Positions 38,826 through 52,395 of a stretch of DNA of 64,000 bases are shown here, in pieces (position 1 is the first letter of the stretch; each line of letters starts with the position of its first letter). Both the position numbers and the translations under genes were made by a program. The notes under the pieces are model-generated. The model was given only the letters and a program-made list of their open reading frames with translations, did not search any database and was not told where the DNA came from. Source of the stretch: Pavona decussata (Eukaryota); NCBI GenBank assembly GCA_977016875.1, contig CDRNST010000115.1, forward strand, positions 248,001-312,000. The letters are read 5' to 3'.

Positions 38826-41758
38826 GCCATTACAAGAGCAAATATTGCCTTTATATTATGAAGGTCATACACCAATACTTGCAAAGGAGCAAAACTCGTT
38901 ACAATGCGTAGTTGCTGACCTTTTTAGACTTAATTGTTTCCTTTGTCTTTGTTTGCGGAGGAAGAACTGAGTTCACCTAAGAAGAGTAACTTTTTTTAGA
39001 GTTTCGTGTAGTACTATTTGTTTCTTTTGCTATTCTCATCGTTGTAAAAGTCTGCAAAGGTTTTACAGTTAGTTGCTTTAATGCGGGCATGCAGGAAACT
39101 AAGATTTACTTTGGACGCCTAGCTCTGTTTCAAGTACTCACTGTGAAAGACGATATATATGGCCTGCTCACCTTGGTGTAATGAAAAGTTCCACGCGGTA
39201 ATATAAGAACACCAGGAAAGAACTCCTTTTCTTCCCATGATTCAAACTTTTCACTGACCTATCATTTAGAAAGAGATAAAAGGAAAACTCCTCAATTTCA
39301 CCATCTCATATTTTGTTAGTTTGTACCAAAGTTTATTTGAAGGAAGGAAAAACGTCCTTCAGTGTCTGGGGTCAATTTAATAAGACAAGTGCCATTATCA
39401 ATTATTGTAGCCATGCAGTATAGTCTTAAAACAATAGCTACTCCATGGGTTACACGTCGGTTACAGTCCCAAAGGCATCATGTAATAGTTGGTTTAGTTC
39501 CCCTTCCCTAAAGAACACTGAGATAAAATGCGTGGCAGTTTTTGGACACTTAAGATTGGGTTTTGGATTGAGATGCGTTCTCTTTTAGAGCTCCGCTAGC
39601 CTGTGGGCACTAACCCCGGTAGGGGCATTTTCTCCGGGGACACTTTCATACTTGGCCAAGACGCGTATGCGGCGCCGATTCAGGCTATGGTTTTCAGAAT
39701 TTTGGGTCTTAAATAAAGTAAACAATTTCACAATTTAGTGTGTTAAACAGGGTGTCTTTTAGGACATGAACCCTGTAAAAGATTATTAAGGTTGGCGATG
39801 GGCGGATTTTGGCAAGTGTGGCACCAAGAATTTTTGTCTAGAAAAATCTATTATGATATTTCAATGTAATTTAAAACTACTTAATTCTGTATGCAGAATT
39901 AGATGGATCAGGGTCATGAATTTTGATGTCCTCTTAAACAGGGTCTGGTTTTGAATGCTTGGATGGCACATCTCCACTCAAACTTCCCTTAAATGCACTA
40001 GATACACGTGGAATGCGGCTTTGCCACCTCCTCGTGTGGTCTCTCATGACTCGCTTTGCTCTACGCTTATTAGTGCTCGTTGGAAAATATGTAGACTAAA
40101 ATGTTATCATTGTCGTGAAATCAGCTAAAACTCTTAATTATTCTCAAAGAAATCAATCCATGAAACAACGTTAACATGATTTGTGTGCTGTTTATGGCTC
40201 AATCCCCCTGGGCATTTTTTGGGCTTTTGGCATTTTGTTTTGGAAAAGCTGCAAATGCTCCATGGTTGGGCCGGACGTAAATAAATAGTAATATTTTTAG
40301 TGCAATACTGAAAAAGGACCAACGTTATCAACTTCCAGAAGAATTGACAAATACCCCACCCCTGGGAAGAGGTTTTTTGACAAATCTCCACCACCAGGAC
40401 TAACAAGATGAAAAATGCCAGACAAACGCTTAGAATTGAATAAGCCATGAGTGAACTTGTAGTTTATCTATAATAATGTACGAAATTGCACGACCAACTG
40501 TTAAAACGTAAAAGAGGCAGGCATGAGTGTAGCTCATTTGTGCATCAGTACGAAACTTAAACGAGTTATAAACAACGTGTTGATGGCTTACCTTAATTGA
40601 GGTTTCTATCGCCCTCTTTATCGCCTCTCCCTCATCCTCTTTTTGGAATTTTCGCAGCTAACTTTCGTCTGCTTTGTTTTGAGCTGCATGTGACGAATAC
40701 CCTCGCACAGTATTGGCATAACTGATAATGTTCGGATCCATTTCCAACTCGAATTGACCTGCTAGCGTATCAACTAGCGAAGAGAGCACTTTGCAATAAA
40801 ATATCCGGGACCAGGAGTCTATTCAACAATCAGCGCAATTGGAAACCACAAGATCAGAACACGATAGAATGCTACAAAGTCAGTAGCAAATGCATCATTG
40901 ACCGTGGGAAAAGAACAGTATAATAGCGGTCATTTTTAATTCTATTTAACTATTAGAAAAGGTACACATGCCCATTGTGCCATTGTCTTAAATTGTATTC
41001 TTACCCCATTGTTTGAATTTCTTCTTGCATCCTTTGCACTAGACACTTAAACTGTTGATTTGCAGTCCACTTTCAAATGGCCAGTCTGTCCACAAGCAAA
41101 GCTGTTTTCAAGCCAAGCAGGGTCATGTGGGATTTTAATTTAGCATTGCTTTGCCCAGTGTCCTTGTTCTCCGCGTTTGAAGCATTTGTCAGTAGATTTT
41201 ACCTCTTTCACTCTCTGTTTAACTAGTTCTTTGTCAAAGCTGCCAAGCATTTGCCTTGTTGCAGTTTTTTGGTCCTCACTCCTTGGGTTCATTTCGTCAA
41301 CTGCAAGGAATGTTACACACCTCCTTTTGCAAAACCTTTTAGAAAACATATAAAACATTTCACTTGATGGAATGGCCACATTAAAACCTTGCGATACTAA
41401 ATTAAGTTCAACCAAAAGTGTCTGCCAGAATCCTTTTAATTCGCTATCCTGTTGTTCAGCAGTAAGGGCATCATTAAGGCTGTTTGTGTGCCATTTCTCA
41501 CGCACAAAATGCTGATGTCGCAGTAGGAATTGAATTTTTTAAGGTATTGAAGGAGATGCTTTCTGTTTTGTTTCTCACAGAGAATGCTGACCACTTTAAG
41601 GCTCTGACCAACGATTGTACTTGGGGATTTAACAGTCATGTGTTCCAAGACTTGTTCGGCTTGTCTGTATAACTGTTGCTCATCATTTTGTGTGTGAAAA
41701 TTTTCAACTTCACTCATTCACAGACATAACTTTTGCCATGGTTGCTATCACGTGTTAA

Positions 41759-42609
41759 GCGGTGTATGACATTTGCAGACTGCAGACTGTAAATTGTTTT
41801 CACCAGTTGTAATTTGTGTACAGGGCACCTAGACTCACAATAGCCTCCTAAGCTAAATTACGTATATGATTAGTATGAGGACCGGAGTTTATTGATAAAA
41901 CATCAAAACTGTCTAAAAATGACGTTTTTTTACATGTCTTTCTGAGGTATGTATATTAAATGGCAGTTTACGTGAATTTTCAACGTTTTATGGTTCTGGG
42001 AGCGGTGTTCATATTGTTAATTACGGATTGAGCGGATAGCTTCTATTACACATGGTTTCTCATTCACAGTATTTAGATTCCTTCCACATCACAAATACAG
42101 CCAACGATTTATTTCTGGTATTCCTGGGTTTAGTTCATTTCTGGTATATTCTAACATTCCACAGACAAATTGCTCAAACAAATCGGATGTGTATGTTTCA
42201 ATATTCGCTTCCCGCGCACCGTACAAACAACGGGTTAGACAATGTTCTTGTGCAATATCCCACCGCATTCCGAACTTTCTTTGCTGAAGAATTACTTAAT
42301 AGACAAGCATTAGTCAGCTACTTGTTATTATCATACAACGATAACGTATTAAGAAGAAAAAGAAAGAATCGTACCTTGAATCCGTTGAAGCCATTTCTTT
42401 TGAACCTTTACAGCCAAAGACAACTTGGGAATGAGGCTGTTGTAACCTGACGCGGGAAAAATCAACCTCGTACCCAGGGCCTCAGGCCAAGGCTGATTTC
42501 CAATTTTTTTGACGTTGCTTTATTGATGATGACGTCACCTTTATTCTTATGTTTCAATGTGTACTATTTTACAATTAACAGTCTGCAGTCTGCAAATGTC
42601 ATACACCGC
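41759..42609. mobile_element. MITE with about 32-bp TIRs
   Basis: gcggtgtatgacatttgcagactgcagactgt versus acagtctgcagtctgcaaatgtcatacaccgc. No clear TSD. Confidence 0.75.
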
Positions 42610-45269
42610 ATCTTAAGACATCTTGATTATTAAATAATTTTTTGCAATAATTTTTCTTTTTCCTTTTAAACGGCACAGAGACATAGTTTGGCGTAACTAG
42701 GGCAGCATATGACCCTATAAAGGCATGTTTGTTGTGTTCTTCCTTTTCAGCTTTAATAACTAGACCTGTCGATAAACTTGAATTCCCTTCCATGTATTGT
42801 TGCACAGTTGGTTCGCCACCAGCAATCCTACTTCATTGCAAGCTGAAATAGTCCTGGTTTGTTGTTCGTGGGACTATAACAGTATCAGGGTGATATTAAA
42901 CCTATGAATCCGCAGATAGAACGTGTTAGGTCAAAATATGTGTGCTTTGAAATAAATTTCTTCCAGTGTTCTGTTAGGCCCCCTCTGTGATCTTTTGCTT
43001 GCTCGTTTATTTCTGTGAACGATCTCTTAAAAAAACCAAGTACTTTAATCAGTTTTTTTATGGTGTCTGTCTTTACTGAGATGCTGTTCATTATCTTGAA
43101 GTATTCTGAAACTTTCCCTCTATACTGTCTGGTCATTAGGGTCTTTTGAAAGCCACACTTGCTGTTATAAAAGATGTCATCGGCAACTTCCTTGCAGCAT
43201 GTTTCTGCAGCACGTTTTACCGACATCTTGGTACGGGAAGTAAGAAATAAATGCTTTGATGATAGTTTTGTGAGTTACCCCTCTGCTACATCAGTCAGGT
43301 GGTCTATAGATGTCTCAAAGTCTTTGAACCTGAGATTGCGTTTAAGGGATGTCAAAAAGTTGCGTACCTTCTTTATCATGTGAGGTGGGTCAGACAACCA
43401 GAAGATTGGGTTGCTATTGTTGTAGGGATTCTCAGTGATCCAATTTATCGAGCCAAGTTGATTGAAAAATGCTGAGCTGTGCGTCGCTCCATCACATACT
43501 CCATATAAAACTTGAACTTTCTTTTCGTTGTCTTTGCCAAATTGGATCTCACTGAGAATACTTGTTGTGTTCCATACACAATTGCCAATTGTTTTTGCAT
43601 TTATGTTGTTTATAGGAAAACTTGCAACTGGCCAGGTAAAATCTCCTTCAATAGAGGACCAAAAAGAAAAAAATTGTTTAGGCCATTGGTCTGCATGAAG
43701 CCATGCCCAGCTCCCCATCAGTGTCATAGGAAGTGGAGTTGTCATCAGTTGAGGAATCTCCATTAATGCTGTATTCAAACATGTGATCAGAGTTTGTTTG
43801 TGTGGGCTCTTTTTCCTCTAGGTTGATCACTTCAGCAATAAAAACAACGTTGTAGGAATTATGAGATTGCCTGTAGCTATTCACTGTAGTGAGAGATGGT
43901 ATTGGTAGTATCTCTCGCACCAAGTTATAACCTCCTTGCCCACATTTTCCAGCCAACTCTGCACACCACCTCACCACCACAGGATGAAAGTGCATTCCTT
44001 TAGGGTGCATTTTCTTCCCAGACTCACCAGACTTTTTGCGCTCAACTTCTGCTTTTATCAAAGAGGTGACAGTGTCACATAACAATGCATATAAGACTGA
44101 ATTTTCTTGAAGTAGATTTTTGGATAGAGCAAGTTCCATCAATGTGCCTAGTTTATCTGATGAGAGAGATTAGAAACACATTTTCAGGCAATATCATTCA
44201 GTTCTGCTTCTTTCTAATATTTTCATACAACTTCAAAAGCCTGTTGCGTGATTGTTTTAATTTAACAATGTATTCTCCCATTCTTTGGCGTCTTCTAAGA
44301 AGTTCTTCGTTTCCCAAGGAAGTTAGTGGAGTAAATGAATGTGGAGATGTTCTTTCATCTTCCAAGTTATGATTCACAAGTGCACGAGGTAGTTTGCGAA
44401 TACAGTTTCGCAGAAGCAGCTTGCAGGGTTCACATCTGAGCTGACGCACATGTACATCTCGGTCTGATTTAGGCAAAACAATTTGACATCCATTACCATT
44501 GTGTATTGTACTAAGTACTGTTTCTCGGATGACAGCAGTGACTCCTTTTTAGGGTGTCTAAGAGTATATTTATTATCTATGTGAAACGTGGTCCTTTGTA
44601 TTTGTTATTCAAGTTGTAATGCTGGCAAGTAGATACCCAGTGTTCTTCAAAAATACCATTACGTACAGATAGGCTCTGCAGTTCCTCGAAAGCAACCAGT
44701 ATTTCTCTGGTTAAAGATTGCACAGACATTCTGTGTTGTGGTTTCAGGAGAAAATTTGTTTTCACAGTCTTTCCAATGACCTCATATTCCATAAGTACTG
44801 AGTCTTTCAAGAAATTAACAATTAATCTTTTGTTGTTTGTCGCTACGCCATTCAGGAGGAGGTTTTTCGAAAGCACCAAAGATGATTTTCTTGTGACCCT
44901 CACAGACATGTCATCTTCACTTTTGGTCACCTCCAGAATTTTATTGAGTACTTCTTTTATCTCAAACTGACGGGCCTTTAATTCCTTTGTAGCAGAGATT
45001 GCTTTGCAGAGGATGTTCTCTTTGTTTGGACTTTTCACAAAATAGTTTACTTTCCATCTGTTTGATGTTCTTTGCGTTGACATCAACATCCTCCAGAATT
45101 GCCTTTAATCTCTTCTGAGTTTGTTCCAATTTCTTTTGATTTTTTCCCATTTCAAGAAATGGTTCATTGCATTTGTACACACAAAAGCTTGTATATTTGA
45201 TGCTGCAGTTGGATTACACTTGTGATAAAACTCTTCGTGATCTTCAATAGTCGCAGTCTGCACCACATA

Positions 45270-45699
45270 CAGTAATAACCCACGTATAAGAACTTGAAAT
45301 TTCCAATTTAGCCTAAATAGGTTCTTATATAAATGGCACTTAAAGCAAATTTAGGCTACCAAGGTTCTAAAAATAGGTTCTAATATTTTCATATGAATTT
45401 CATCTGAATATACTATATATATTATAAATATCATCTCATAATAGGCACAATAATAAACACAATAGACATACAACATGGTACTTAAGTTTGAAAAAAAAAA
45501 AGTTATGTCAAGCTACTTTTAAATAGATGATGATCTTAAATCAGCAGTTTCTACTTATACACTTTCACAGCAACCCCACTGATAAGAACCTAACTTAAAA
45601 TTTTAGCCTAAATAGGTTCTTATGTGGAGGGGGCTTAAAATGAAAATTTTAGCCTAACAGGTTTTTAAAACCCAGGTTCTTATACGCGGGCTATTACTG
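45270..45699. mobile_element. Tc1/mariner (pogo-like) MITE
   Basis: TA|CAGTAATAACCCACGTATAAGAAC ... GTTCTTATACGCGGGCTATTACTG|TA. Confidence 0.85.
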
Positions 45700-46355
45700 T
45701 ACTCGGAGAAAAAAGTGCATGACACTGCACACATTAAAAGCTCCCCGTTGCATTTAACAACATGTTTCTGACAGACATAGGATTTAGTTGGTTTCACTCT
45801 TCTGTGACATAGTTTACATGTATAATCTGTAATGTGTACAGGCAGGCTTTGAGTTTGTGACTGTTGATGGTGACGACGATCTCTATTGTAAGGAACATTA
45901 CAGACTTTTAATTTTGCCACCTCGAGGTTGCTTATAGTAGCAAATATATATTTTTTATCTTATTCGCCACCTTATAATTTTTTTTTTTTAATAAATATAT
46001 ACTTTATTTACAACACAAACACTGCTTACAAAATGTTGCTTTACACAACTTACAGTGCTTACACTACTTACAACACCGTACGCATTACATTTTTTTTATA
46101 CATAGAAAGAAGAAAAAAAAGTTACAATTACAATTATTTGGCGACTAATAACTTAAACTAAAGTGATTACAAACATAATTTACAATACTAACACTATAAA
46201 CGCAATGGCAACAGAAAAGTATAAAAGGAGTATATATAGATTAAGTATAAGTGTTTTTCTTTTTATTTAGAAGGATAAGTAAAGAGAACTGAACGGCCTA
46301 GACTGCGTGAAAAATTGTCAACGGAAATTCAAACTAGGTGTATTACAAAAACAGA

Positions 46356-46356
<1 letters not shown>

Positions 46357-46428
<72 letters not shown>
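46357..46428. repeat. (TAA)n microsatellite
   Basis: About 24 perfect units. Confidence 0.95.
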
Positions 46429-46431
<3 letters not shown>

Positions 46432-46876
46432 CGTTACGCGATGCACATTATCGCCCATTTTTTATAAAATTCACTTAAAGTTCTATTTTTGGTACAAATA
46501 TATTTTTCTGTTTCGAATTTAATATTAATCCTTAACTTAAACCCAGCAATAATTGGACGAGTTTGTGATCTTCTGCAATCCCATATATATAGTTTGGCTA
46601 TTAGTAGAAAGTAGTTCAGTAAAGGGCATTGTACGGCTATTATACCTAATAGCACATCCTGTAGACTAAGACTGATCAATTCATTTGACAACGAGTAATA
46701 ATAAAATTCAAAATCCTTCCAGAAAAGTTTTGCATATACACAGTCAAAAAGAAGGTGGATAAGGGTTTCCGGTTTAGACTTACAAAAGGAGCATTTATCA
46801 TCGGTAATATATCCTATTTTATATAACTTAGTGTTAGTATATAATATGGAGTTAAGGACCTTGTACTGAAAGGCCT

Positions 46877-48946
46877 TCAGTTAACATAGAATTCAGAGCA
46901 TATGATGTGTGGTAAAAGAAATGCTTTTTCTAGCTGATCTTCCGTCAGATTAAAATCCCGTTTTAAAGCTGAGGTATTTTTAGAAAGCTGTGCCTTTTTA
47001 CTTATGAGCAATGAATAATAATCTTTTGATTTCTTCTTTAAAATATCAAAATCGTTATTCTTAATTATCACGGAGGGTGGCATTGTGAAAAAGGTGTGAT
47101 CAGTTGTTCTAGAATTAACTTTCAAGTGGGACGGTACAGCATGTCTAAGACCTGCCCATACTAAGAAATTGGTTTTTTCAATCTTTCTTATAATGATACT
47201 ATGCGACTCTGCAATACTTAAATCCAATCGAAGATCGGAAACCAGAAGAAAACCATTGTCGAAAAATGTTTTGTAAAGAATTGGCTTATTATTTATCCTA
47301 ATGTCTTTATTATTCCAAATAATATTATACCGCATTTTATCTGTAGAAAAGTCGTCACGAAAATCGACCCACCATTGAAGCAGCTCGGAGTAAAAAGGTG
47401 ATTTGATTAGAACGTCTTTTACATCATAGTTACAATGAAATAGAAAGAGGCCCCCGAAACTTTTAAGTTGATAACGCAAGTAATTCTTCCATGTGCTGTC
47501 GTTTTCGCTGAAGATTCTCTTTAGCCAGGCAAGTCTTAAAGATTTGACCATCGTCTCTAGGTCAATCATTTTCAAACCACTTTTTTGGTAGTCATTTATT
47601 GTTGACAAACGTGTGACCTTGTCAACACCTCTCCATAGGAATTTAAATATCAATCTGTTCAATTCTTGAACCGCCCACTCTGGAATTGTTAATAATGATG
47701 CCACGTAAACAAATTTTGGAACAATCAACGATTTGATAACAGTAACCTTTCCATAAAGGGAAAGACCTCGCGCAGACCATATGTTTACCAATTTTTTCAC
47801 GCTGTCTAGTCTTTCTATAAAATTTTTCTCGTGTAGTAATTTTTGATCATAGGTGTAATAGACTCCGAGAGCTTTAATTGGTTCATTTGGCCATTTAATA
47901 CCAAAGGGTTTTGATTTATTTTCCTTTAATGATCCGATCCACATTGCTTCAGTTTTTGTGGGATTAACGGCTAAACCTGAAATCCTCTTAAAATCGTCTA
48001 ACAACCTGAAAAGGGTTTGCGCTGAGTCGATGTCTGACAGAACCACAGTTGTGTCATCTGCGTATTGTAGTAATTTTGTTTCCTTCTTGTCAATAGTAAT
48101 ACCTTTTATCATTGGATTTTGTCTTATTGCGATAGCCAAGGTTTCAACAGCTACTACAAAGAGATAAGGAGAAAGAGGATCTCCTTGCCAAACTCCTCGT
48201 TTGACTGTAAAGTAATCAGAGATTGTGCCATTGTTGATAACACAGCTTTGTATATTATTGTAAAAAGAAGAAACCCATCTAATAAAACTCTGGCCGAAAT
48301 TAAAAGATTCTAGACAACTTTGTAAAAAGCTGCGTTCTAAACTATCGAAAGCCTTCTGAAAATCGATAAAGATCAACAAACCAGGAATGTTTTCTTCAAC
48401 AGTGAAGTCCATTATGTCAAAAATCGATGGTACTGTTTCGCCGATATAGCGGTCTTTTATAAATCCAGTTTGATTGTAATGGATGATGCTTGGCAGAACA
48501 TTTTGTATTCTAGCAGCTATAGCTTTAGCCATAATTTTCGCATCCACATTTACCAAAGATATCGGCCTCCAGTTTTCCAAAAAGGATCGATCTTTTCCTT
48601 TCTTTTCGATGAGCGTAATTACTGTTTGCTTTTGAGAGCACGACATTTCACCTTTTTCGAAGCATTCATTAGAACAGCGAATGAAAGGCTCACAAAGTAA
48701 AGGCCAAAATTTTTCATAGAATTCGATGAGAATTCCATCGTTCCCTGGAGTTTTATTGTTTTGGAAACTGTCCAAGATAAGTGCGCATTCTTCGGGAGTA
48801 ATTTCACCTTCACAAGACATTTTTTGTTCTTCTGACAGTTTAGGAATGTTTAAATCTTTTAAAAAGGATTTAATTTCGTGCAAATTTTCGTTATTCATGT
48901 TCCTACTCGAGTACAATTCTTGATAAAAACGTTGTTGTTCGGACAA
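46877..48946 (-). CDS. LINE ORF2 reverse transcriptase portion
   Basis: KTPGNDG, NWRPISL, IDFQKAFD, QGDPLSP and YADD. Confidence 0.9.
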   Translation of the reverse strand: MSEQQRFYQELYSSRNMNNENLHEIKSFLKDLNIPKLSEEQKMSCEGEITPEECALILDSFQNNKTPGNDGILIEFYEKFWPLLCEPFIRCSNECFEKGEMSCSQKQTVITLIEKKGKDRSFLENWRPISLVNVDAKIMAKAIAARIQNVLPSIIHYNQTGFIKDRYIGETVPSIFDIMDFTVEENIPGLLIFIDFQKAFDSLERSFLQSCLESFNFGQSFIRWVSSFYNNIQSCVINNGTISDYFTVKRGVWQGDPLSPYLFVVAVETLAIAIRQNPMIKGITIDKKETKLLQYADDTTVVLSDIDSAQTLFRLLDDFKRISGLAVNPTKTEAMWIGSLKENKSKPFGIKWPNEPIKALGVYYTYDQKLLHEKNFIERLDSVKKLVNIWSARGLSLYGKVTVIKSLIVPKFVYVASLLTIPEWAVQELNRLIFKFLWRGVDKVTRLSTINDYQKSGLKMIDLETMVKSLRLAWLKRIFSENDSTWKNYLRYQLKSFGGLFLFHCNYDVKDVLIKSPFYSELLQWWVDFRDDFSTDKMRYNIIWNNKDIRINNKPILYKTFFDNGFLLVSDLRLDLSIAESHSIIIRKIEKTNFLVWAGLRHAVPSHLKVNSRTTDHTFFTMPPSVIIKNNDFDILKKKSKDYYSLLISKKAQLSKNTSALKRDFNLTEDQLEKAFLLPHIICSEFYVN

Positions 48947-49131
48947 GATCTTTGAAGGATCCGTGGTAGACGAGCCGTTGATATTTAATTCTATCCGTCA
49001 CCGCACTGAGGGCTCACGTGAGATAGCATTGCGCCTGCGCGAACTCACGGTGTTGCCGCCTTTGGAGCGAACAGACGTTTGTTTTTTCAACACGCTGAGA
49101 ATTTTAGTTTTAAGCGATAATTCGCTAAAAA

Positions 49132-50302
49132 ATGCCTGAGACCTCGGATAAATCTGAGCTTAAGGGCGAGAAAGACAACTTAAAAAGGAAAAGTAGTGGC
49201 TCTAGAAGCGAACACATTGAAGCAAATGTTAGAATCATCGAAAGAGGTGATGGCGCCGATGGCGCCAAAACTGACTCATATGGTTTACAAGAGCTTGCCG
49301 CTACGCTGAGACAGGGTTTCACCCAGATGTCTCAAGATTTATCCAAGACTATTGCTGAGTCGTTCAAACAGTTTCAGTCAGACTTTGAAATACAATATGT
49401 TGACACGGAGGAAGAACAGGAGGCAAAATCTGCTGAGAATGACCACGAGGTCAGCGAAGACCCCCCCACGAAGAAGAAGCGAGATGACAAAACTACGAGC
49501 TTAGAGGAAGCTGTGACAAAGCTGGCTGACTCAGCCGGGGCTCAAAAAATGCCTTCTAATGAAGGAAAATTTGAGGTACTTAACAGCTTGAAACAAGAGC
49601 TGAAGAAAGAGGAAACAGGCCCAAGTGTAAACACAGAGCTGGGGAATGTAGTGAATGCCATGCTCAAAGAAGGGCTGCCTGAAGAGAAACTTCAGGAAAA
49701 GTTGAACAAGTATCACAGACCAGAGAACTGTGATTTTTTGACAAAAGTACGAGTCAATCAACCAGTATGGGACCACCTTACTCCAACAGTCCGGCCCCAA
49801 GATGTTAGACTGCAAAAGGTGCAGACATCCATCTTCAAAGGAATGTGCGCGTTGACAAATATGATCGACAAACTCCTCGAGCACTTGTGGTCACTCCCAG
49901 CGGGAAACGACCTTCTTCAAAAGTCAACAGATGCACTTACATTGTTCGCTAATGCAAACAGTGAACTCAATCAAAGACGAAAGGGAATTTATTAAACCGG
50001 ATTTACATGAGGAATACAAACATCTTTGCTCCTCGTCGGTTCTGATCACTGACCAATTGTTTGGCAATGATCTCCCGAAACAAGTGAAAGAATTGACCGA
50101 GGTCAATCGAGTGGGAAAGAAAGTCTCCACACACAGTGGTCGATCAACGAACAAGCCTGATTATCACAGGCACAACTCTTACACACATAGCTGCGGACGC
50201 TCAGGAAACCAACATTACAGGAAGCCTTTTTTAGGCTCGTGGAAAAACGACCACAAACATCCTCCGAACTTCAAGAGGAAGAAGGAGGGGAAGTCAAAAT
50301 GA
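49132..50302 (+). CDS. DIRS gag-like ORF1 with one frameshift near 49981
   Basis: YHRPENC, VNQPVW, DVRLQKVQ, ELNQRR/EFIKP and DQLFG. Confidence 0.8.
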
Positions 50303-52395
50303 ATCAGACTGCTAACAACGTTGAGGTAAGAAATGTGTCAGAGCAATCTATTAAAATTACAGGTGGAAGACTGAAACAATTTACCTCTCAGTGGCAATGC
50401 ATAACCTCAGATCCTTTCATACTTAATAGTGTGAAAAATTATAAAATTGAGTTTGAAAATGGAGAGCCAATGCAGTTTATGCCACCAAAAGAAATAAATT
50501 TTACAAAACCAGAGCAGGAGGTCATTGACAATGAAATTGATAAACTGCTGACCAAAGGTGTGATTTCAGAAACCACACATTGCCCTGGTGAATATATTTC
50601 TACTATATTCATACGCCCTAAGAAAGATGGAGGGTTTAGATTAATTCTAAATTTGAAGAATTTGAATGAACATGTGGAGTATCAACATTTTAAGATGGAT
50701 ACCTTACAATCGGCAATAAGGCTTATGACTCCAAACTGTTATATGGCCTCAGTAGACCTGCCTGACGCATACTACTCAGTGCCAATTCACAAAGATGATC
50801 AAAAATATCTGAGGTTTTGCTGGAAAGGTAGATTGTTTCAGTTTACATGTTTACCAAATGGTCTGGCTTGTGCACCCCGACTCTTCACAAAAATCCTTAA
50901 GCCAGTGTATGCTACGCTGCGCCAGAAGGGTCATCTAAATGTAGGCTATATTGATGACTCTTATTTACAAGGGGAGAGTGTGGAGGACTGCCAAGCCAAT
51001 ATTAATGATACCTGTGACTTATTTTCAACATTGGGTTTTATCCTACATCCTGATAAGTCGGTCTTACAGCCAGTTCAAGTCCTTACATTTCTGGGATTTG
51101 TCTTGGATTCAGTTAATATGACTGTCTCCTTAACACAGGAAAAAATCCAGCGCATAAGGGAAAGATGCAAGAAAATGATGGAGCTTGTTGAGCTCCCAAT
51201 CCAGGAACTAGCTAGCTTTATAGGGCTTTTAGTGTCAAGTTTTCCTGGGATCTTATATGGACCACTGTATTATAGACAACTTGAGAGGGATAAAACTACA
51301 GCCTTAAGACAAAACTATGGCAATTATAATGCTCAAATGAGATTATCCCAAGAAAGCTTTTCAGAGATAAAGTGGTGGTATGATAACATACAGACCAATA
51401 ACTACCCTATATTATTGCCTAATTCAAAGGTTGATGTAATAATTTACACCGATGCATCAACTAATGGATGGGGAGCTGTCAAAGAGACAGAGAAAATAGG
51501 AGGTAGATGGTCAGAGGAAGAAGCAAAATATCACATTAATTGTCTGGAGCTGTTAGCTGCAAATTTTGGACTTAAGGCATTTTGCAAAAATGAGCAAGGC
51601 ATTCATGTTAAGATTTACTCTGATAACTCTACAACTGTGAACTATATTAAAGCTATGGGAGGTGTACATTCTAGGGAATGTCACACTATTGCTAAAGATA
51701 TTTGGCAGTGGTGCATAGAAAAACAAATATGGTTAACAGCTGCTCATATCCCAGGGACAAAAAATGTTGAGGCAGATCGGGAATCACGCGTTTTCTCAGA
51801 CAACAAGGAATGGATGATAAGATCTGATATTTTCCAACAGATCACAGATATCTGGGGGGAGCCCTCCATAGATCTCTTTGCATCCAGACTAAATCATCAG
51901 GTTCCATGCTATGTATCCTGGAAACCTGACCCAGGGGCAGCCTTTATTGATGCATTTTCTGTAACGTGGGATAAACACTTGTTCTATGCTTTCCCTCCTT
52001 TCAGTTTAATTGCAAGATGCCTACAGAAAATACAAACCGATTGTGCAGAGGTATTGATGATAGTTCCAATGTGGCCAACCCAGAGTTGGTATCCCAAACT
52101 TCTTCGCATGTTAGTGGCTGTTTCAAGAGTGTTACCACAACAACGAACTGCCTTACAAATGCCAGGGATCCCACAAGAAGTCCACCCCCTATTCAGGAAA
52201 ATGGTTCTGATTGCATGCAGATTGTCCGGCAGTCCTATGAGACACAAGGAATTTCTCAAAAGGCAACCTCCATCATCTTACAGTCCTGGAGGAAAGGAAC
52301 TACAAAGCAGTATTCATCTTACATCAAAAGATGGACTACATATTGTCATAAAAAACAGATTGATCCAGTTTCTGCCACTGTCCCACAGGCACTAG
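50299..52395 (+). CDS. DIRS RT - RNase H - DNA adenine methyltransferase-like protein
   Basis: RT motifs DLPDAY, LPNGL and YIDD; RNase H motifs TDAS, INCLEL, SDN and EADRESR; methyltransferase motifs IDLFAS and YAFPPF. Confidence 0.9.
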   Translation: MNQTANNVEVRNVSEQSIKITGGRLKQFTSQWQCITSDPFILNSVKNYKIEFENGEPMQFMPPKEINFTKPEQEVIDNEIDKLLTKGVISETTHCPGEYISTIFIRPKKDGGFRLILNLKNLNEHVEYQHFKMDTLQSAIRLMTPNCYMASVDLPDAYYSVPIHKDDQKYLRFCWKGRLFQFTCLPNGLACAPRLFTKILKPVYATLRQKGHLNVGYIDDSYLQGESVEDCQANINDTCDLFSTLGFILHPDKSVLQPVQVLTFLGFVLDSVNMTVSLTQEKIQRIRERCKKMMELVELPIQELASFIGLLVSSFPGILYGPLYYRQLERDKTTALRQNYGNYNAQMRLSQESFSEIKWWYDNIQTNNYPILLPNSKVDVIIYTDASTNGWGAVKETEKIGGRWSEEEAKYHINCLELLAANFGLKAFCKNEQGIHVKIYSDNSTTVNYIKAMGGVHSRECHTIAKDIWQWCIEKQIWLTAAHIPGTKNVEADRESRVFSDNKEWMIRSDIFQQITDIWGEPSIDLFASRLNHQVPCYVSWKPDPGAAFIDAFSVTWDKHLFYAFPPFSLIARCLQKIQTDCAEVLMIVPMWPTQSWYPKLLRMLVAVSRVLPQQRTALQMPGIPQEVHPLFRKMVLIACRLSGSPMRHKEFLKRQPPSSYSPGGKELQSSIHLTSKDGLHIVIKNRLIQFLPLSHRH

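Larger units (their letters stand above)
41050..45920 (-). pseudogene. P-element/THAP9-type transposase, degraded and interrupted by two MITEs; CCHC knuckles downstream
   Basis: GYNLVREILPIPSLTT, VLYGVCDGA, NPY..IFWLSDPPHMIKKVRN (D(2)H motif) and KMSVKRAAE. A Cys-rich N-terminus (45700-45920) continues across the MITE. Confidence 0.75.

Noticed and set aside
40592-40850. Possible minus-strand exon ending AIKRAIETSIK|gtaag
   Set aside because: Contains stops and has no identifiable partner exons.
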